A stretch of 61,898 nt of DNA from a virus. The notes under the pieces were generated by a model. The model ran no database searches. It was not told the origin of the DNA and was given only the letters and a program-made list of their open reading frames with translations. This document shows positions 31,502-41,422 of the stretch, piece after piece. The stretch spans positions 129,576 to 191,473 of the IMG/VR virus record IMGVR_UViG_3300025534_000213, one strand, 5' to 3'. Made by a program: the position numbers and the translations under genes. Positions within the stretch are counted from its first letter, which is position 1, and each line of letters opens with the position of its first letter.

Positions 31502-32620
31502 TTATTGCGCGGCAAGCACGGTATATCCGATCTGGTTCTGCGTGGTGAACCAGACCAGCTTTGTGTTCTCGTCGATGGAGTACAGCCCCTCATGGAAGCG
31601 CGACGCGTTAGCGTACCACGATTTGTTGGTCGTGACCGTGCCCATGGGAATGGGCAGTCCGCCCGACAGCGATGTCGGGGGACTGATCTCTGCTATGCCA
31701 TCGGAGAGGATGCGAATGACACGGGCGGTGGGAGAGGTCGTGGGGAGATAGAGAAGGAGTACGTGGTGCTCGTCGAGGGCGTGAACCAGATTGACGGTAT
31801 TCATGAGATTCCCGCCTGTCGAAATTGCCGGGTACAGCACGCCATCCGTGATCGTGTGAATGGTTGTGCCATTCAGGCAGGTGACCGCCCGTCTGGTGGA
31901 GGCCACCGACAGCATGTTTGGAATTGCGGTTTGACCAAAGTTCGCAGGCATGGATATGTCAGAAACAGTCGCGCCGTTCCCATCAATGACACGGAAGGCA
32001 ATCTGGGTGCTACCGCTGGTAATCCACTCCATCGTATTTCCGGTGTTTGGGATTGAAACCCACGTGATGTTTTTGCCGGTGATGGGAGTGAGAGAGCCAA
32101 GCGTGACCGCGCCGTTGATCTCGACAGCCGGTGTCGCGAGTCTGTAGGAATCCGATGCGGTGGCAAGGACCATCCGCAGCCGTGTTTCCGAGAGCTTGAA
32201 AATGGCGAATGCTGACGTGGCCCCCGAGGCCGGGGTATAGCCCAGAGCAACGCTCTGGACGCTGCCCTCGGTGATGGCGTCCGTGTCGGGGTCAATGCTG
32301 AGCCATTGCGCGTCCAACGTCACATTCGTGCCCGTTCCCGTACCATAGAGTACAAGCGCGGACGCTCCATTGTTGAAGGGAAGAACACGAATGTAGGACG
32401 TGGTGCCACCGGTATTCTGGCGGATAACGTATGCGTCGCCGGTCGCGGGGGCCGTCGTCAGGCCGGTATAGGACACCACCCGCGCGTAGACTTGGTGGGG
32501 GTTTGTCTGCTGAAAGATCGTGAGAAAACGGTTGCCGCCGAGGTGGCACAATGCGCTGGTGTTTACGTTGATGCTGAAACTGCCACCCGCGACGGGAGCG
32601 GGGATGGTGAAAGTCGCCAT
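31502..32620 (-). CDS. beta-rich putative virion protein (paralog B)
   Basis: Shares 'CHLxGNRFL', 'KLSETRLR', 'RILSDG', 'WFTTxNQIGY' with paralog A. Confidence 0.75.
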   Translation of the reverse strand: MATFTIPAPVAGGSFSINVNTSALCHLGGNRFLTIFQQTNPHQVYARVVSYTGLTTAPATGDAYVIRQNTGGTTSYIRVLPFNNGASALVLYGTGTGTNVTLDAQWLSIDPDTDAITEGSVQSVALGYTPASGATSAFAIFKLSETRLRMVLATASDSYRLATPAVEINGAVTLGSLTPITGKNITWVSIPNTGNTMEWITSGSTQIAFRVIDGNGATVSDISMPANFGQTAIPNMLSVASTRRAVTCLNGTTIHTITDGVLYPAISTGGNLMNTVNLVHALDEHHVLLLYLPTTSPTARVIRILSDGIAEISPPTSLSGGLPIPMGTVTTNKSWYANASRFHEGLYSIDENTKLVWFTTQNQIGYTVLAAQ

Positions 32621-32659
32621 CGAAATGTTCCTTGCTGAAATTCGAGTTTGACAGCCCGA

Positions 32660-33532
32660 TCAGTTGCCCACCGTGGCGTCGAAGTTCCACCAAGCGGTGG
32701 GAACGACGGTCCAGTCGGTGCGGACAGTGGTGGCGGACGGATTGTCCTGCATGAAGGTACCGACCGCCGTGGCGTCGAAGTTCCACCACACGGTGGGCAC
32801 GACAACCCAATCGGTTTCGATCTTGATCTCGGCAGGCAAATCGAGTGCGACGGCGATGGCGCCATTGCTGTCGTCAAAGGCCAACCAATCGGACGGAGGA
32901 GGGACGTTTCCGAGTGACGCCCCCGCCGGGATGGCGAGCAGATGGGCGTCTCCCTTGGTATCGTCGAAATTTTGCCAGACCGACGCATCGACCGGAGAGA
33001 TACTGGCTTGCGTGATCCGGGAGACGAGATGAGCTTCGCCCTTGGTATCATCGAAGCGGTACCAATCCGTGTCCGCGATAACCCAAGTGGTGGCGAGTGT
33101 CGCCTCGGGAGCCGCTGTGATAGCGAAGGCGCTGCCCTCGGTATCGGCAAAGCCGTACCAGACCGTATCTGCGATCTCCCAAGAGGTGGCGAGCCTGCCG
33201 CTTTCGGGCAGTGGGAGAGTGAAGGCGTCTCCCAACGTATCGTCGAAGTTCAGCCATACCGAGGCGTCAATGTCATCAATGGAGGCAGCACTGGGCTGTG
33301 GAATCAGCATGGCATCACCATCGGTGTCGCTGAATTCCGCCCAATCCGACGTGCCCGCGTCGGTCGTCAATGAAGCGGCACTCGTGGTTATGACAAATGC
33401 GCCACCATCCGTATCGTTGAACCCCCACCATCCGGTCGGTGCCGGATCGGTGCCGCCATTGCCGGGATCGTCCTCATTGCCGCGAACCAAAAAGATTCGG
33501 CCGCGCACCATAATTCCGGAAAACCTCAACAT
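32660..33532 (-). CDS. putative virion protein with 'WxxFxDTxG' repeats
   Basis: About 9 repeats; TAAATA at 33561-33566. Confidence 0.7.
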   Translation of the reverse strand: MLRFSGIMVRGRIFLVRGNEDDPGNGGTDPAPTGWWGFNDTDGGAFVITTSAASLTTDAGTSDWAEFSDTDGDAMLIPQPSAASIDDIDASVWLNFDDTLGDAFTLPLPESGRLATSWEIADTVWYGFADTEGSAFAITAAPEATLATTWVIADTDWYRFDDTKGEAHLVSRITQASISPVDASVWQNFDDTKGDAHLLAIPAGASLGNVPPPSDWLAFDDSNGAIAVALDLPAEIKIETDWVVVPTVWWNFDATAVGTFMQDNPSATTVRTDWTVVPTAWWNFDATVGN

Positions 33533-33630
33533 GATATCTCGCTTTGTGCCGCAGATGCCCTATTTAACGCCGAGCGAAAACCGGTAATATCCGGTAGGAA
33601 CCGCCTGCTTTTCACCGCAAAGCAAGGCGT

Positions 33631-34332
33631 TCAGGCGGATTGTCGGATCAAGGTCTTGGTGCGGCGTTTCCCGTAGGTCTGGCGTTCGATCTTCCGGATC
33701 ATGTCGCTGATCCGGTTGTGGGCATCCCAGACGGCCGCCATCTCGACTTCCTGTTCGGGTGAGAGATGTGTGCCCTGCGCGACGATCTCCTCGGAACGCC
33801 GCTCCAAGTCCGCGAGCTTCGCGTTCAGCCGAGGCAAGAGGTCCAGACGGCGGCGAATGGCGGGGTTGTCCACCTCGACGCGTGGCACGGCGCCGTACAG
33901 CTTGGCTCCGTCATCGGTGAGACTGCCCCAATCGATCTCCGTGTCGGGGTACTCGGCTTGCAGCCGTTGCAGCATTTGCGTTGCCACGCCGCGCCGAGTC
34001 ATGTCATCCGCCGTCTTGATGTACTGGATGCTGACCTCGCCTCCATAGACGGAGTAATCGATCCTCCCGACGGGGCGACCGTCGAGTTCGGCGACCAGCG
34101 TCAGGTCCTTTTGGCCGTGCTGGAAGCCTCGCGTCTCGGTGCGGAAGGTGAGGCCCTGCACCCGTTCGGCCTCCTGTACGGCGCGCATCCGTGTGATCGC
34201 CTTGAAATCCTCGTTGAGGCCGCTGTCCCTGAATTTCCGCCGGATGATCGGGTCGGTGGTGTCGCGCAACACCTGCATGTTGTTGGCGGTGCTCTCGAAC
34301 AGCACCGACCCTACGAATTCGGAGAGCAGCAT
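33631..34332 (-). CDS. GNAT-like acetyltransferase domain protein
   Basis: 'VGRIDY...VSIQYI...RRGVATQML...TDDGAKLY'. Confidence 0.7.
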   Translation of the reverse strand: MLLSEFVGSVLFESTANNMQVLRDTTDPIIRRKFRDSGLNEDFKAITRMRAVQEAERVQGLTFRTETRGFQHGQKDLTLVAELDGRPVGRIDYSVYGGEVSIQYIKTADDMTRRGVATQMLQRLQAEYPDTEIDWGSLTDDGAKLYGAVPRVEVDNPAIRRRLDLLPRLNAKLADLERRSEEIVAQGTHLSPEQEVEMAAVWDAHNRISDMIRKIERQTYGKRRTKTLIRQSA

Positions 34333-37300
34333 CAGTCCTCGCCCTCATCGCTTTCATGCAGTGGCGCACCGGGGCGCCCGACCTCCGCATAGACCTCGAC
34401 GACGCGGCTGTCCGGCCCCTTGTTCTCGGTATCGATCAGTTCACCTTCGATCAAGGCCATAGCGTGACCCTTCGTGCCGATGAACCACACGCCGCGCTTG
34501 TGCTTCCGGACGAAATTCTTCACCGTGAGGCCGATATCGTCCATGCCGGGCGTGCAGCGCAAGCCCCGGCCTTCGAGCTTATGGACGCATTCGGCCGCCG
34601 TGCGCGGGACTTCGTTGTTGTTCAGAGGAATCAGCTTGAAGTGGTTCAGGATGGCGTTGCAAGACACCGAGGTGCAGCGGTTCAGGTCATGCTCGCCAAC
34701 CTCGGTGAGAACACTCTCCTCCACTTTGTCTGACGGGACCGGGGTGATCGCCTCCGGTGGGATAGGATCATAGGTGTATACGCCGCTCTTGAGTTGCGGG
34801 TCCCGGTGGAGCCGGATGCCGGAGGCGGTCACGCGCAGCAGGATGTAATCCCCCGGCGACCGCCCGGAGGCGACATCCCGTTCCCGGAATTGCTCAATGA
34901 TGCGGCTGGCGGTCTCCCGGCTGGTCGCGAGATAGATGCGCGGAGCGGGGTAGCGGAAGCCATGACGGCTCTCGCGCGGCTGCAAGCCATGGGTCAGGAT
35001 ATGCGGCAGCGCGGCCTTGGTGGTGACGTGCCAGAGGTCACCCGTCGCAGCGACGGGCGCGGAAAAGCTCGGCTCGAACCGGGCATGGTGATACATGCCT
35101 CCACCGTAGCGCCTGCTGGCGTTCATCTTGAGATCGGTCAGGTGCCAGCCGAGCTTGGCGATGTCGGCTTCGTGGTGTCGCACGAAATCCAGTGCCTCAT
35201 CCGACAGTTCGGTCCTGAGCTTGATCGGGGCATCCACGTCGTCATCGACCACGCCACCGCCGAAGATGCCCTTCTCACGGACCTCATATGGAGTGAGGCC
35301 ATTTTCCTCGGCATATGCCTTGCCGAGCCAAATACTGAACTGGCTGGCGCTGACCGGCTTCGCAAGGTGCGAAGCGTCCTCGTCGAGTTCGACACCACCC
35401 TCATGGATGTTCTTCTTCGCCGGGTTGAAATTGCGATTGGCGATGGCCGACTTGACCTGATTCTCCTCGAAGGGAATCCAGACGGTATGGCCGGGGCCGC
35501 CATTCTTGCCGCCGACATCCTTGATGCCGTCATAGCCGAGGCGCTTGAGGGTCTCGGTCACCCAGTCGGGGATGGTCGTCCAAGAATGTGCGCCACTCGT
35601 GCTCTCAATGTCGTCGAGGAGGTCACGGAACCACTGGCGCGGGTCAACGGTCCGCTTGTCCCATGCATCGGCGCCAATGCGCCGACGGGGCGCACGCCGC
35701 CGCGCGGCTTCCTTGCCGAGCGCGTCGAGGACGTTCTGCGGAATGGCGGTCGTGACCAACGGGTTCTGGATCGAGAGATACACGGCATAGACGAAGGGAT
35801 AGGTCTCGCGGGGATCGGCCATCCGCACCGGCAGGGTCAGGCCCGCGAGACGCAGGACTTTCAGGAACTCTCGCTCCTCGCCGAACAGGACACCGCTCGT
35901 GAGCCAGCTTTCGACGAGAGCGGCAAGGGCATTGCCGCGCGCCGCCCGAATCTCGTAGTCGTAGCTCCCGTTTCCCGTGGTGTGACTCTCATCACCAAGT
36001 ACGATCTCGCCATCATCATTCTGAGTGACGCGAGGCGCCAAGACAGCGATCTTCTTTTGCATGTCATACGGTAGGAACCACCACGCACGGTCGATGGAGA
36101 CTTCCTTACGCCGACCGGGGACCTTCACCCAGAACCATTGCGAGTAGCCGAGGTTCTGATCGTCGGACAAGCTGGTATCGGCCTTGTTGGTCGCATAACC
36201 GCTCGCTACGCCCGGATCGTCAGTGAAATAGGCCATCGGGCCGGAGGTCGCGCGGGATTTGCGGAACTGCGTGCCGACGCGATCCGGGCGGCCGGTGCCG
36301 TGATAGACGGGCAGCGGATTGCCCTGCGCGTCCACGACCTTGGAATCGCGGAACCAGTTGCGGAACGCGGGTGAGTTGACGGTCAGGCGCGGAGTGAGGC
36401 CCCCGGCCTCATGGATGTTCTTCTTGGTGTCGGAGAATGCCTTGTTGCCGATGGCGGATTTGATCTTGCTCGGAGCGTTGCGGTCGAGCAGCACATACAC
36501 GTCGTCGCCGAAGATGACGGAATCATAGCCCTCCGCCCGCAGCCTGTCGAAGAACTGGCCCTGCGCCTTGCGGTAGTTCTGGACATGGCGAAGCTCCTCG
36601 GGGAGGCTGGGAAACCGCTTGGGGTTCGTGATCTTGAGATATACCGGGATCACGCGCGACGCGGTGTGCGTACGCATGAAGGCGCGCCGCTCCGGGTCCC
36701 ATTTGCTGCCTTGACTGTCGTTCTCCTCGGCATAGGCGGAGGCGCTCTTGGGATCGGTGGTGAACCACACGCCGTTCTTTGGGACCTTGAACGCCTTGAA
36801 ATCGGTGTCCTTGCTGGTGCCGTGATACAGGATCAGGGGTTCCCCATGCGCATCCACCGCCTTGGAGCCCGCGAACCAACGCCGGAACTCCGGGGTATCG
36901 ATGACCGGGCGGCGCGGCATTCCGGACGCGTCCTCGTCAAGATCAGCACCGGTCTCCCGAGCATATGCGACGAGCCACTTGGCAGGCGTAATCCGGGCAT
37001 CGGCGAGATGCGACTTGATTTCGGACGGGGAGTAGTTGGGCTTGTAGCGCGGGTCCGTGCTGCTGGTGATCAGAACAGGCTCATAGCCGAACTGGTCGGC
37101 GGTGATGTCGATGATCGTCCCGTTGCGCTCAAGCCAGTAGTGCCCTTCCCAATTACCGGAGGTGGACAGCATACCGCCATCCGGGTACTTCGGCGGCCAC
37201 GGGCTACCACCCCTGATCTTCCACGTCTCTCCCGTCTCCTTCCGTAGGACGATGGCAAGGAAGGCAACGGTGAAACGGCACATGCGCTCGCTCGGCATGG

Positions 37301-37490
37301 CATACTCGTAGGGCGTGTCCGCCCATTTCGCCCGCTCTGCCTTCTTTGTCTCGTGCCATTCAGTCCAGTGCGCTTCTAAAAACGAGCGGACCTTGCGTGC
37401 AACCTGCTCGGCCGTCGGCTTGTCTGTAAATGTGTCGCTGGTACTTGCTGCTTCTACAAGATTGATCAGTTGACGGAGATCAGGGGACAT
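34332..37490 (-). CDS. multidomain (polyvalent) protein: thiol-enzyme-like, two ART-PolyVal-like, Tpt1/ART-like and papain-like domains
   Basis: MSPDLRQLINLVE; two 'F..WF..SK.VD..G.PL..YHGT...GYD...IKSA' units; 'LWHVT...GLQP...IYLA...IPPEAI'; AGGAG SD, TAAATA 37516-37521. Confidence 0.8.
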   Translation of the reverse strand: MSPDLRQLINLVEAASTSDTFTDKPTAEQVARKVRSFLEAHWTEWHETKKAERAKWADTPYEYAMPSERMCRFTVAFLAIVLRKETGETWKIRGGSPWPPKYPDGGMLSTSGNWEGHYWLERNGTIIDITADQFGYEPVLITSSTDPRYKPNYSPSEIKSHLADARITPAKWLVAYARETGADLDEDASGMPRRPVIDTPEFRRWFAGSKAVDAHGEPLILYHGTSKDTDFKAFKVPKNGVWFTTDPKSASAYAEENDSQGSKWDPERRAFMRTHTASRVIPVYLKITNPKRFPSLPEELRHVQNYRKAQGQFFDRLRAEGYDSVIFGDDVYVLLDRNAPSKIKSAIGNKAFSDTKKNIHEAGGLTPRLTVNSPAFRNWFRDSKVVDAQGNPLPVYHGTGRPDRVGTQFRKSRATSGPMAYFTDDPGVASGYATNKADTSLSDDQNLGYSQWFWVKVPGRRKEVSIDRAWWFLPYDMQKKIAVLAPRVTQNDDGEIVLGDESHTTGNGSYDYEIRAARGNALAALVESWLTSGVLFGEEREFLKVLRLAGLTLPVRMADPRETYPFVYAVYLSIQNPLVTTAIPQNVLDALGKEAARRRAPRRRIGADAWDKRTVDPRQWFRDLLDDIESTSGAHSWTTIPDWVTETLKRLGYDGIKDVGGKNGGPGHTVWIPFEENQVKSAIANRNFNPAKKNIHEGGVELDEDASHLAKPVSASQFSIWLGKAYAEENGLTPYEVREKGIFGGGVVDDDVDAPIKLRTELSDEALDFVRHHEADIAKLGWHLTDLKMNASRRYGGGMYHHARFEPSFSAPVAATGDLWHVTTKAALPHILTHGLQPRESRHGFRYPAPRIYLATSRETASRIIEQFRERDVASGRSPGDYILLRVTASGIRLHRDPQLKSGVYTYDPIPPEAITPVPSDKVEESVLTEVGEHDLNRCTSVSCNAILNHFKLIPLNNNEVPRTAAECVHKLEGRGLRCTPGMDDIGLTVKNFVRKHKRGVWFIGTKGHAMALIEGELIDTENKGPDSRVVEVYAEVGRPGAPLHESDEGED

Positions 37491-37565
37491 GGGAAAGGCT
37501 CCTGAATTGGCCTGATATTTAGGCCGCTTCGCGCACGCGCGTGCAGCGCAAACGTAAATAGGCGT

Positions 37566-38708
37566 ATGCATACGTCCGAAATCCTTCTCGAAAAGATCGT
37601 CAATCATCCCCGCGACATGGGGGCGTATCTTGACGCCCGGATCAGGCTGCTCAGCCGCCTGATCCCGGAAATTGAGAAGGCCGTTGAGACCATCAAGGAA
37701 CTCAGCGGCGACGGCGACTACCTGCTTCGCTATGCGCTGGGGGAGGCGAGGGGCGGGGATCGCCCATGGCTGCCGGACGCATACTCGGTGGACCTGAACC
37801 GGTGCTACGAGTTGCGCGACCTGCGGGATAATCTGGAGTCCATGCGGAAGTACGGCGTACGCGACTTCCTCCGGTATGTGCTCGGGACATTGGAACACAT
37901 CAGGCCGGTCAATGATGAAGCGCGCGAGGTTCTGGCGCTGATGCCGCAGGCTGAGGCCGGTTTCCGGGATTACGGCTATGCGCCGGGCACCCCCGAAACG
38001 GAGGAGGACGAGGAATACCGCGCGGCGCGGGGTCTCGCGGACGCCTACCTCGTCATCGGCTCCGCCCTCAAGCAGGTCGAGGACATGCTGGCGGGCATGA
38101 AGCCCCTGTTGCTGGACCTGTCGAAGCGCCTTCGCTTCGAGTACCGCCCAGACGATTACCGGCCCGACCATGACGAGGTCGAGACCCTCTACCACGCCAC
38201 GATATATGCCACCGAGATCGCCCGCGAAGGATTCTCCGCCGAGAAGCCAGCAGACCGGCGTGGCGTCGGCAACTATGGTACGCAGAACGAGATCAGCTTT
38301 ACCCACGATTTGCGGATTGCCCATGACATCATGCGGGCGCTCCGCGAAATGTGGATGATCATCCATGGCCAACTGACGCGGCGCCACATCCTGTCATGGG
38401 TGGAGGCGGAGGGCATCGACCCCAAGAGGGCGGCCAGCTTCTTCGTCAGCCACCGGGAACCGCTGGACACGCCCGAGCAGGTGATCCGCCTGTATCGCGG
38501 CTATCTCGGCCTGACCAAGCTGCGGGCGGACCCCGTGTTCGCAAACCCCGAAGCCTTGATCCCTGCCCTGCGGGAGCGCGACATCAAGGATATCGGCATC
38601 GTAGCCTGCAAGGTCCGGCTCGACGGTACTGAAAAATATCTGCACGGCGAGGCGGAGTTCCGGGTCCCGGCGTCGCGCATCGTCGGCCCGGTCAGAAGGA
38701 TCGCCTGA
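37566..38708 (+). CDS. protein with ART-like C-terminal domain
   Basis: 'LYHAT...GF', 'ISFT', 'GEAEF'; ATG 5 nt after TAAATA (37555-37560). Confidence 0.65.
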   Translation: MHTSEILLEKIVNHPRDMGAYLDARIRLLSRLIPEIEKAVETIKELSGDGDYLLRYALGEARGGDRPWLPDAYSVDLNRCYELRDLRDNLESMRKYGVRDFLRYVLGTLEHIRPVNDEAREVLALMPQAEAGFRDYGYAPGTPETEEDEEYRAARGLADAYLVIGSALKQVEDMLAGMKPLLLDLSKRLRFEYRPDDYRPDHDEVETLYHATIYATEIAREGFSAEKPADRRGVGNYGTQNEISFTHDLRIAHDIMRALREMWMIIHGQLTRRHILSWVEAEGIDPKRAASFFVSHREPLDTPEQVIRLYRGYLGLTKLRADPVFANPEALIPALRERDIKDIGIVACKVRLDGTEKYLHGEAEFRVPASRIVGPVRRIA

Positions 38709-39502
38709 TGCGCATTGCCGAGATCACGCCGGATTATCTCCTGCGGGAGGACGAGGAGAGCGACCAGCAGTGGCGGGACGCCGCCGTGGCGGTGTTCAAG
38801 ATCATCGGGCGCATCCTGAGCACGGACAATCTGGACCGGATGCTCACCCCGTGCCACGGCTCGAACGGTCGGGCAGGGGCATACGGCATCCATTCGTCGA
38901 GCTTCCTTGCACCGCCCTACGACGATTTCTGGGTGGTTTTCGAACCACGGGGCGGGGATGTCACCCCGGCGGCCGGAGAGAACCCCGCTGGCGGCTATAT
39001 CATATACTTCCCGATGTTGCCACCGGGTGGCGATGTCCATGATCTCGCGGACCTATGGGATGCCGAGCGCGACACGTTCATTCACGAGTTCACCCACTAC
39101 CTGCTGCTAAAGCGCGATTCGGGCAGCAGGAAGCGGTCTTACGAGAAGCGGGCGGCGAAAGCTGCGCTCCGGGGTAAGACGGTGGAGCCGGACAGCGCAT
39201 CCGATGGATACCTCCTGAAAGGCGACTTCGCTGGATACTTCAACCATCCGCAGGAGACCAACGCCTATTATCAGGAAGCGACCGCCCGCATCATGCATCT
39301 GTTCCGCAATGCCTCGGAGTCCATGCGGCGGAAGATGGCGGAGCAGCCCACGGCACGCATCGTTGCCTATCTGCGCGGTGCCTTTCCGGCGGATTTCATC
39401 GCGCACCTGACACCCGAGAACCGGCGCAAATTGGACAAGCGCCTTGCGCGCTTTGCAGATCAAACCCTGCGGCCAATGCTGCTGGCCGACAATATGGAGT
39501 AA
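38708..39502 (+). CDS. zincin-like metallopeptidase domain protein
   Basis: 'FIHEFTHY...YFNHPQETNAY'. Confidence 0.7.
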   Translation: MRIAEITPDYLLREDEESDQQWRDAAVAVFKIIGRILSTDNLDRMLTPCHGSNGRAGAYGIHSSSFLAPPYDDFWVVFEPRGGDVTPAAGENPAGGYIIYFPMLPPGGDVHDLADLWDAERDTFIHEFTHYLLLKRDSGSRKRSYEKRAAKAALRGKTVEPDSASDGYLLKGDFAGYFNHPQETNAYYQEATARIMHLFRNASESMRRKMAEQPTARIVAYLRGAFPADFIAHLTPENRRKLDKRLARFADQTLRPMLLADNME

Positions 39503-39504
39503 TC

Positions 39505-40785
39505 ATGCGCTACCAAGAACTCCTCATGCGGGAGGACAGCATCCCGCGCAATCAGTTCAACAAGGTCCTCAACGATCCTTCCATGCGCATGGGGTTCGAG
39601 GCCGAGATGCTGCTGCGGCCAATGGAGGCTACGACGATTGACCCGAAGAAGGCGGAGTGGCGGGAAGTCGTCGAGTACCTCGATCTCGAACGCGAGCCAC
39701 TCCGCCGGATGACTGCGGATTACAAGGCGTGGAAGCGCGAGCATCGGGACGCCGACGTGGACTCCTTCATCGAAGCCGAATTCGGCGACACCGTCACGCT
39801 GTTGAAGCACTATGGTCTCCGGCCGCTGCACGGGTGGACGGAAGATGGCCTGATCCGCACCACTCCCGACGGCGTGCGCGACGCAAACACCCGCGAGGTA
39901 GCGCGCGATGAACTCGACCGCACTCTGCGTTTCGAGGCGGCCCCGGACAGCAGACCGTCACAGTGGCGGGTGATCAATGACAGTTCCATCGAAACAGAGG
40001 GAACTGACTGGGTTGCTGGCGAGGTTGTCAGCCCCGTTTTCCAGATCGGCGATGGTCTCGAAGCCATGCGCGCGGTGTTCGATTGGATGCGGAAGCGCGG
40101 CCATGTGACCAATGAGAGCACCGGGCTCCATATCAACCTCAGCATCGAGGGCAAGGATCACGAGGACTACGACTTCCTCAAGATGATCCTGTTTTATGAC
40201 GAGCAATATGTGGCGGCGATCTTCGACCGGCTTGACAACTCCTACGCGGAGCAGATGCGTAAGCACCTGTATGACGAGATCGAGTTTTTCAATGGGAATG
40301 AGCCAAGCTCGGAAATGCTGCGTAACCCGGCGGTGTTCGACACCCTCAAGCGCATCGGCCGTCACTTCGAGCACTTCTTCAAAAAATACTGGTCCATCCG
40401 CTCGCGCCACAACGGCGTGTTCGAGTTCCGCTCCATCGGCGGCGCCGACTATGAACGGCGTTTCGAGGAGATTCGCCGCCGTGTTGCCAACATGGCCCAT
40501 GTGCTGCGGATCGGCGCCGATCCCGAGATGTACCGTAAGGCATATCTCCGGAAGATGTACCGGCTGCTGAGCAACGGGCAGGACGAGCGTCGCTGGAAGA
40601 AATCGGAGCATTTCCTGACGTGGGGTGCGCGCGAATTGGCGCAGAATCCCGAAACGGTGTCCAACCTCCTGAAAAGCCGGTTGCGCGTCCATGCCCGGCT
40701 GGTCGATCCGGAACGCCTGTTCCGGGCGGTGGGGCCTGAACCCTACAATGCGCTGGCGAAGCTCGTAGGCTGGCCGAAGAAGTGA
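39505..40785 (+). CDS. putative amidoligase (Amidoligase_2-like)
   Basis: 'GFEAE', 'DSSI', 'EVVSP', 'NESTGLHINL', 'KY..I', 'EFRS.GG.DY'. Confidence 0.8.
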   Translation: MRYQELLMREDSIPRNQFNKVLNDPSMRMGFEAEMLLRPMEATTIDPKKAEWREVVEYLDLEREPLRRMTADYKAWKREHRDADVDSFIEAEFGDTVTLLKHYGLRPLHGWTEDGLIRTTPDGVRDANTREVARDELDRTLRFEAAPDSRPSQWRVINDSSIETEGTDWVAGEVVSPVFQIGDGLEAMRAVFDWMRKRGHVTNESTGLHINLSIEGKDHEDYDFLKMILFYDEQYVAAIFDRLDNSYAEQMRKHLYDEIEFFNGNEPSSEMLRNPAVFDTLKRIGRHFEHFFKKYWSIRSRHNGVFEFRSIGGADYERRFEEIRRRVANMAHVLRIGADPEMYRKAYLRKMYRLLSNGQDERRWKKSEHFLTWGARELAQNPETVSNLLKSRLRVHARLVDPERLFRAVGPEPYNALAKLVGWPKK

Positions 40786-40837
40786 TCGCAAGCTGGTCGC
40801 GGTAGCTGGAAGTGTCGGCGCTCCGCAATGCGGGTGA

Positions 40838-40914
40838 TGGCGCTCCCGGCAGGAGTCTAACCTGCGACCTCGCGGTCCGGAACCGCGCGCTCTGTACGGC
40901 TGAGCTACGGGAGC
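40838..40914 (-). tRNA. tRNA-Arg(CCG), atypical D- and T-loops
   Basis: CGCGG-TTCCGGA-CCGCG; CCA; T-loop TTAGACT. Confidence 0.85.
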
Positions 40915-40915
40915 G

Positions 40916-41001
40916 TGGAGGAGGGTGATGGCATCGAACCATTGACCTCGCGGTCACCCCGGTTTTCAAGACCGGTCGAGGAGCCAACCTCGGCACCCTC
41001 C
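40916..41001 (-). tRNA. tRNA-Ser(TGA) with 8/4 fold
   Basis: CCGGT-CTTGAAA-ACCGG; 8-bp acceptor, 4-bp T-stem, long variable arm, CCA. Confidence 0.85.
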
Positions 41002-41032
41002 GGAAGATGGTGAGCGGGGACGGCGGTGAAAC

Positions 41033-41120
41033 TGGCGGAAGGGGTGGGATTCGAACCCACGGGACCCGAAGGTCCACCTCCTTAGCAAGGAGGCACGATA
41101 AACCACTCTGACACCCTTCC
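41033..41120 (-). tRNA. tRNA-Ser(GCT)
   Basis: CCTCC-TTGCTAA-GGAGG; long variable arm; GCCA. Confidence 0.95.
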
Positions 41121-41121
41121 T

Positions 41122-41207
41122 TGGTGGGAGAGGTAGGATTCGAACCTACGCGCTTTTTACAGACCTGATTTACAGTCAGGCGCCTTCAACCACTCGGCCA
41201 CTCTCCC
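41122..41207 (-). tRNA. tRNA-Tyr(GTA)
   Basis: CCTGA-CTGTAAA-TCAGG; ACCA. Confidence 0.95.
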
Positions 41208-41221
41208 AAACGATGGATCAG

Positions 41222-41306
41222 CAGAAGGGGCGGGATTCGAACCCGCGAGACCTTTCGGTCTGCCCCGTTTCGAGCGGGGTGCCTTCGACCACTCGGCCAC
41301 CCTTCT
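41222..41306 (-). tRNA. tRNA-Ser(CGA), no encoded CCA
   Basis: CCCCG-CTCGAAA-CGGGG; long variable arm. Confidence 0.9.
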
Positions 41307-41334
41307 GCTCATCCATCGTGCAACAGGGGCTCGG

Positions 41335-41422
41335 CAGAAGCGGCGGGATTCGAACCCGCGAGACGCTCATCACGCCTATCCCGCTTCCAACGGGACGCCT
41401 TCAACCGCTCGGCCACGCTTCT
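41335..41422 (-). tRNA. tRNA-Ser(GGA), no encoded CCA
   Basis: TCCCG-TTGGAAG-CGGGA; long variable arm. Confidence 0.9.

Noticed and set aside
30336-32620. Diversity-generating retroelement TR/VR pair
   Set aside because: Paralogs are diverged throughout, not only at adenines, and no reverse transcriptase is in the window
37491-38387. 1351-aa version of the polyprotein
   Set aside because: The extension overlaps the real + strand gene at 37566; SD and TAAATA point to ATG 37490
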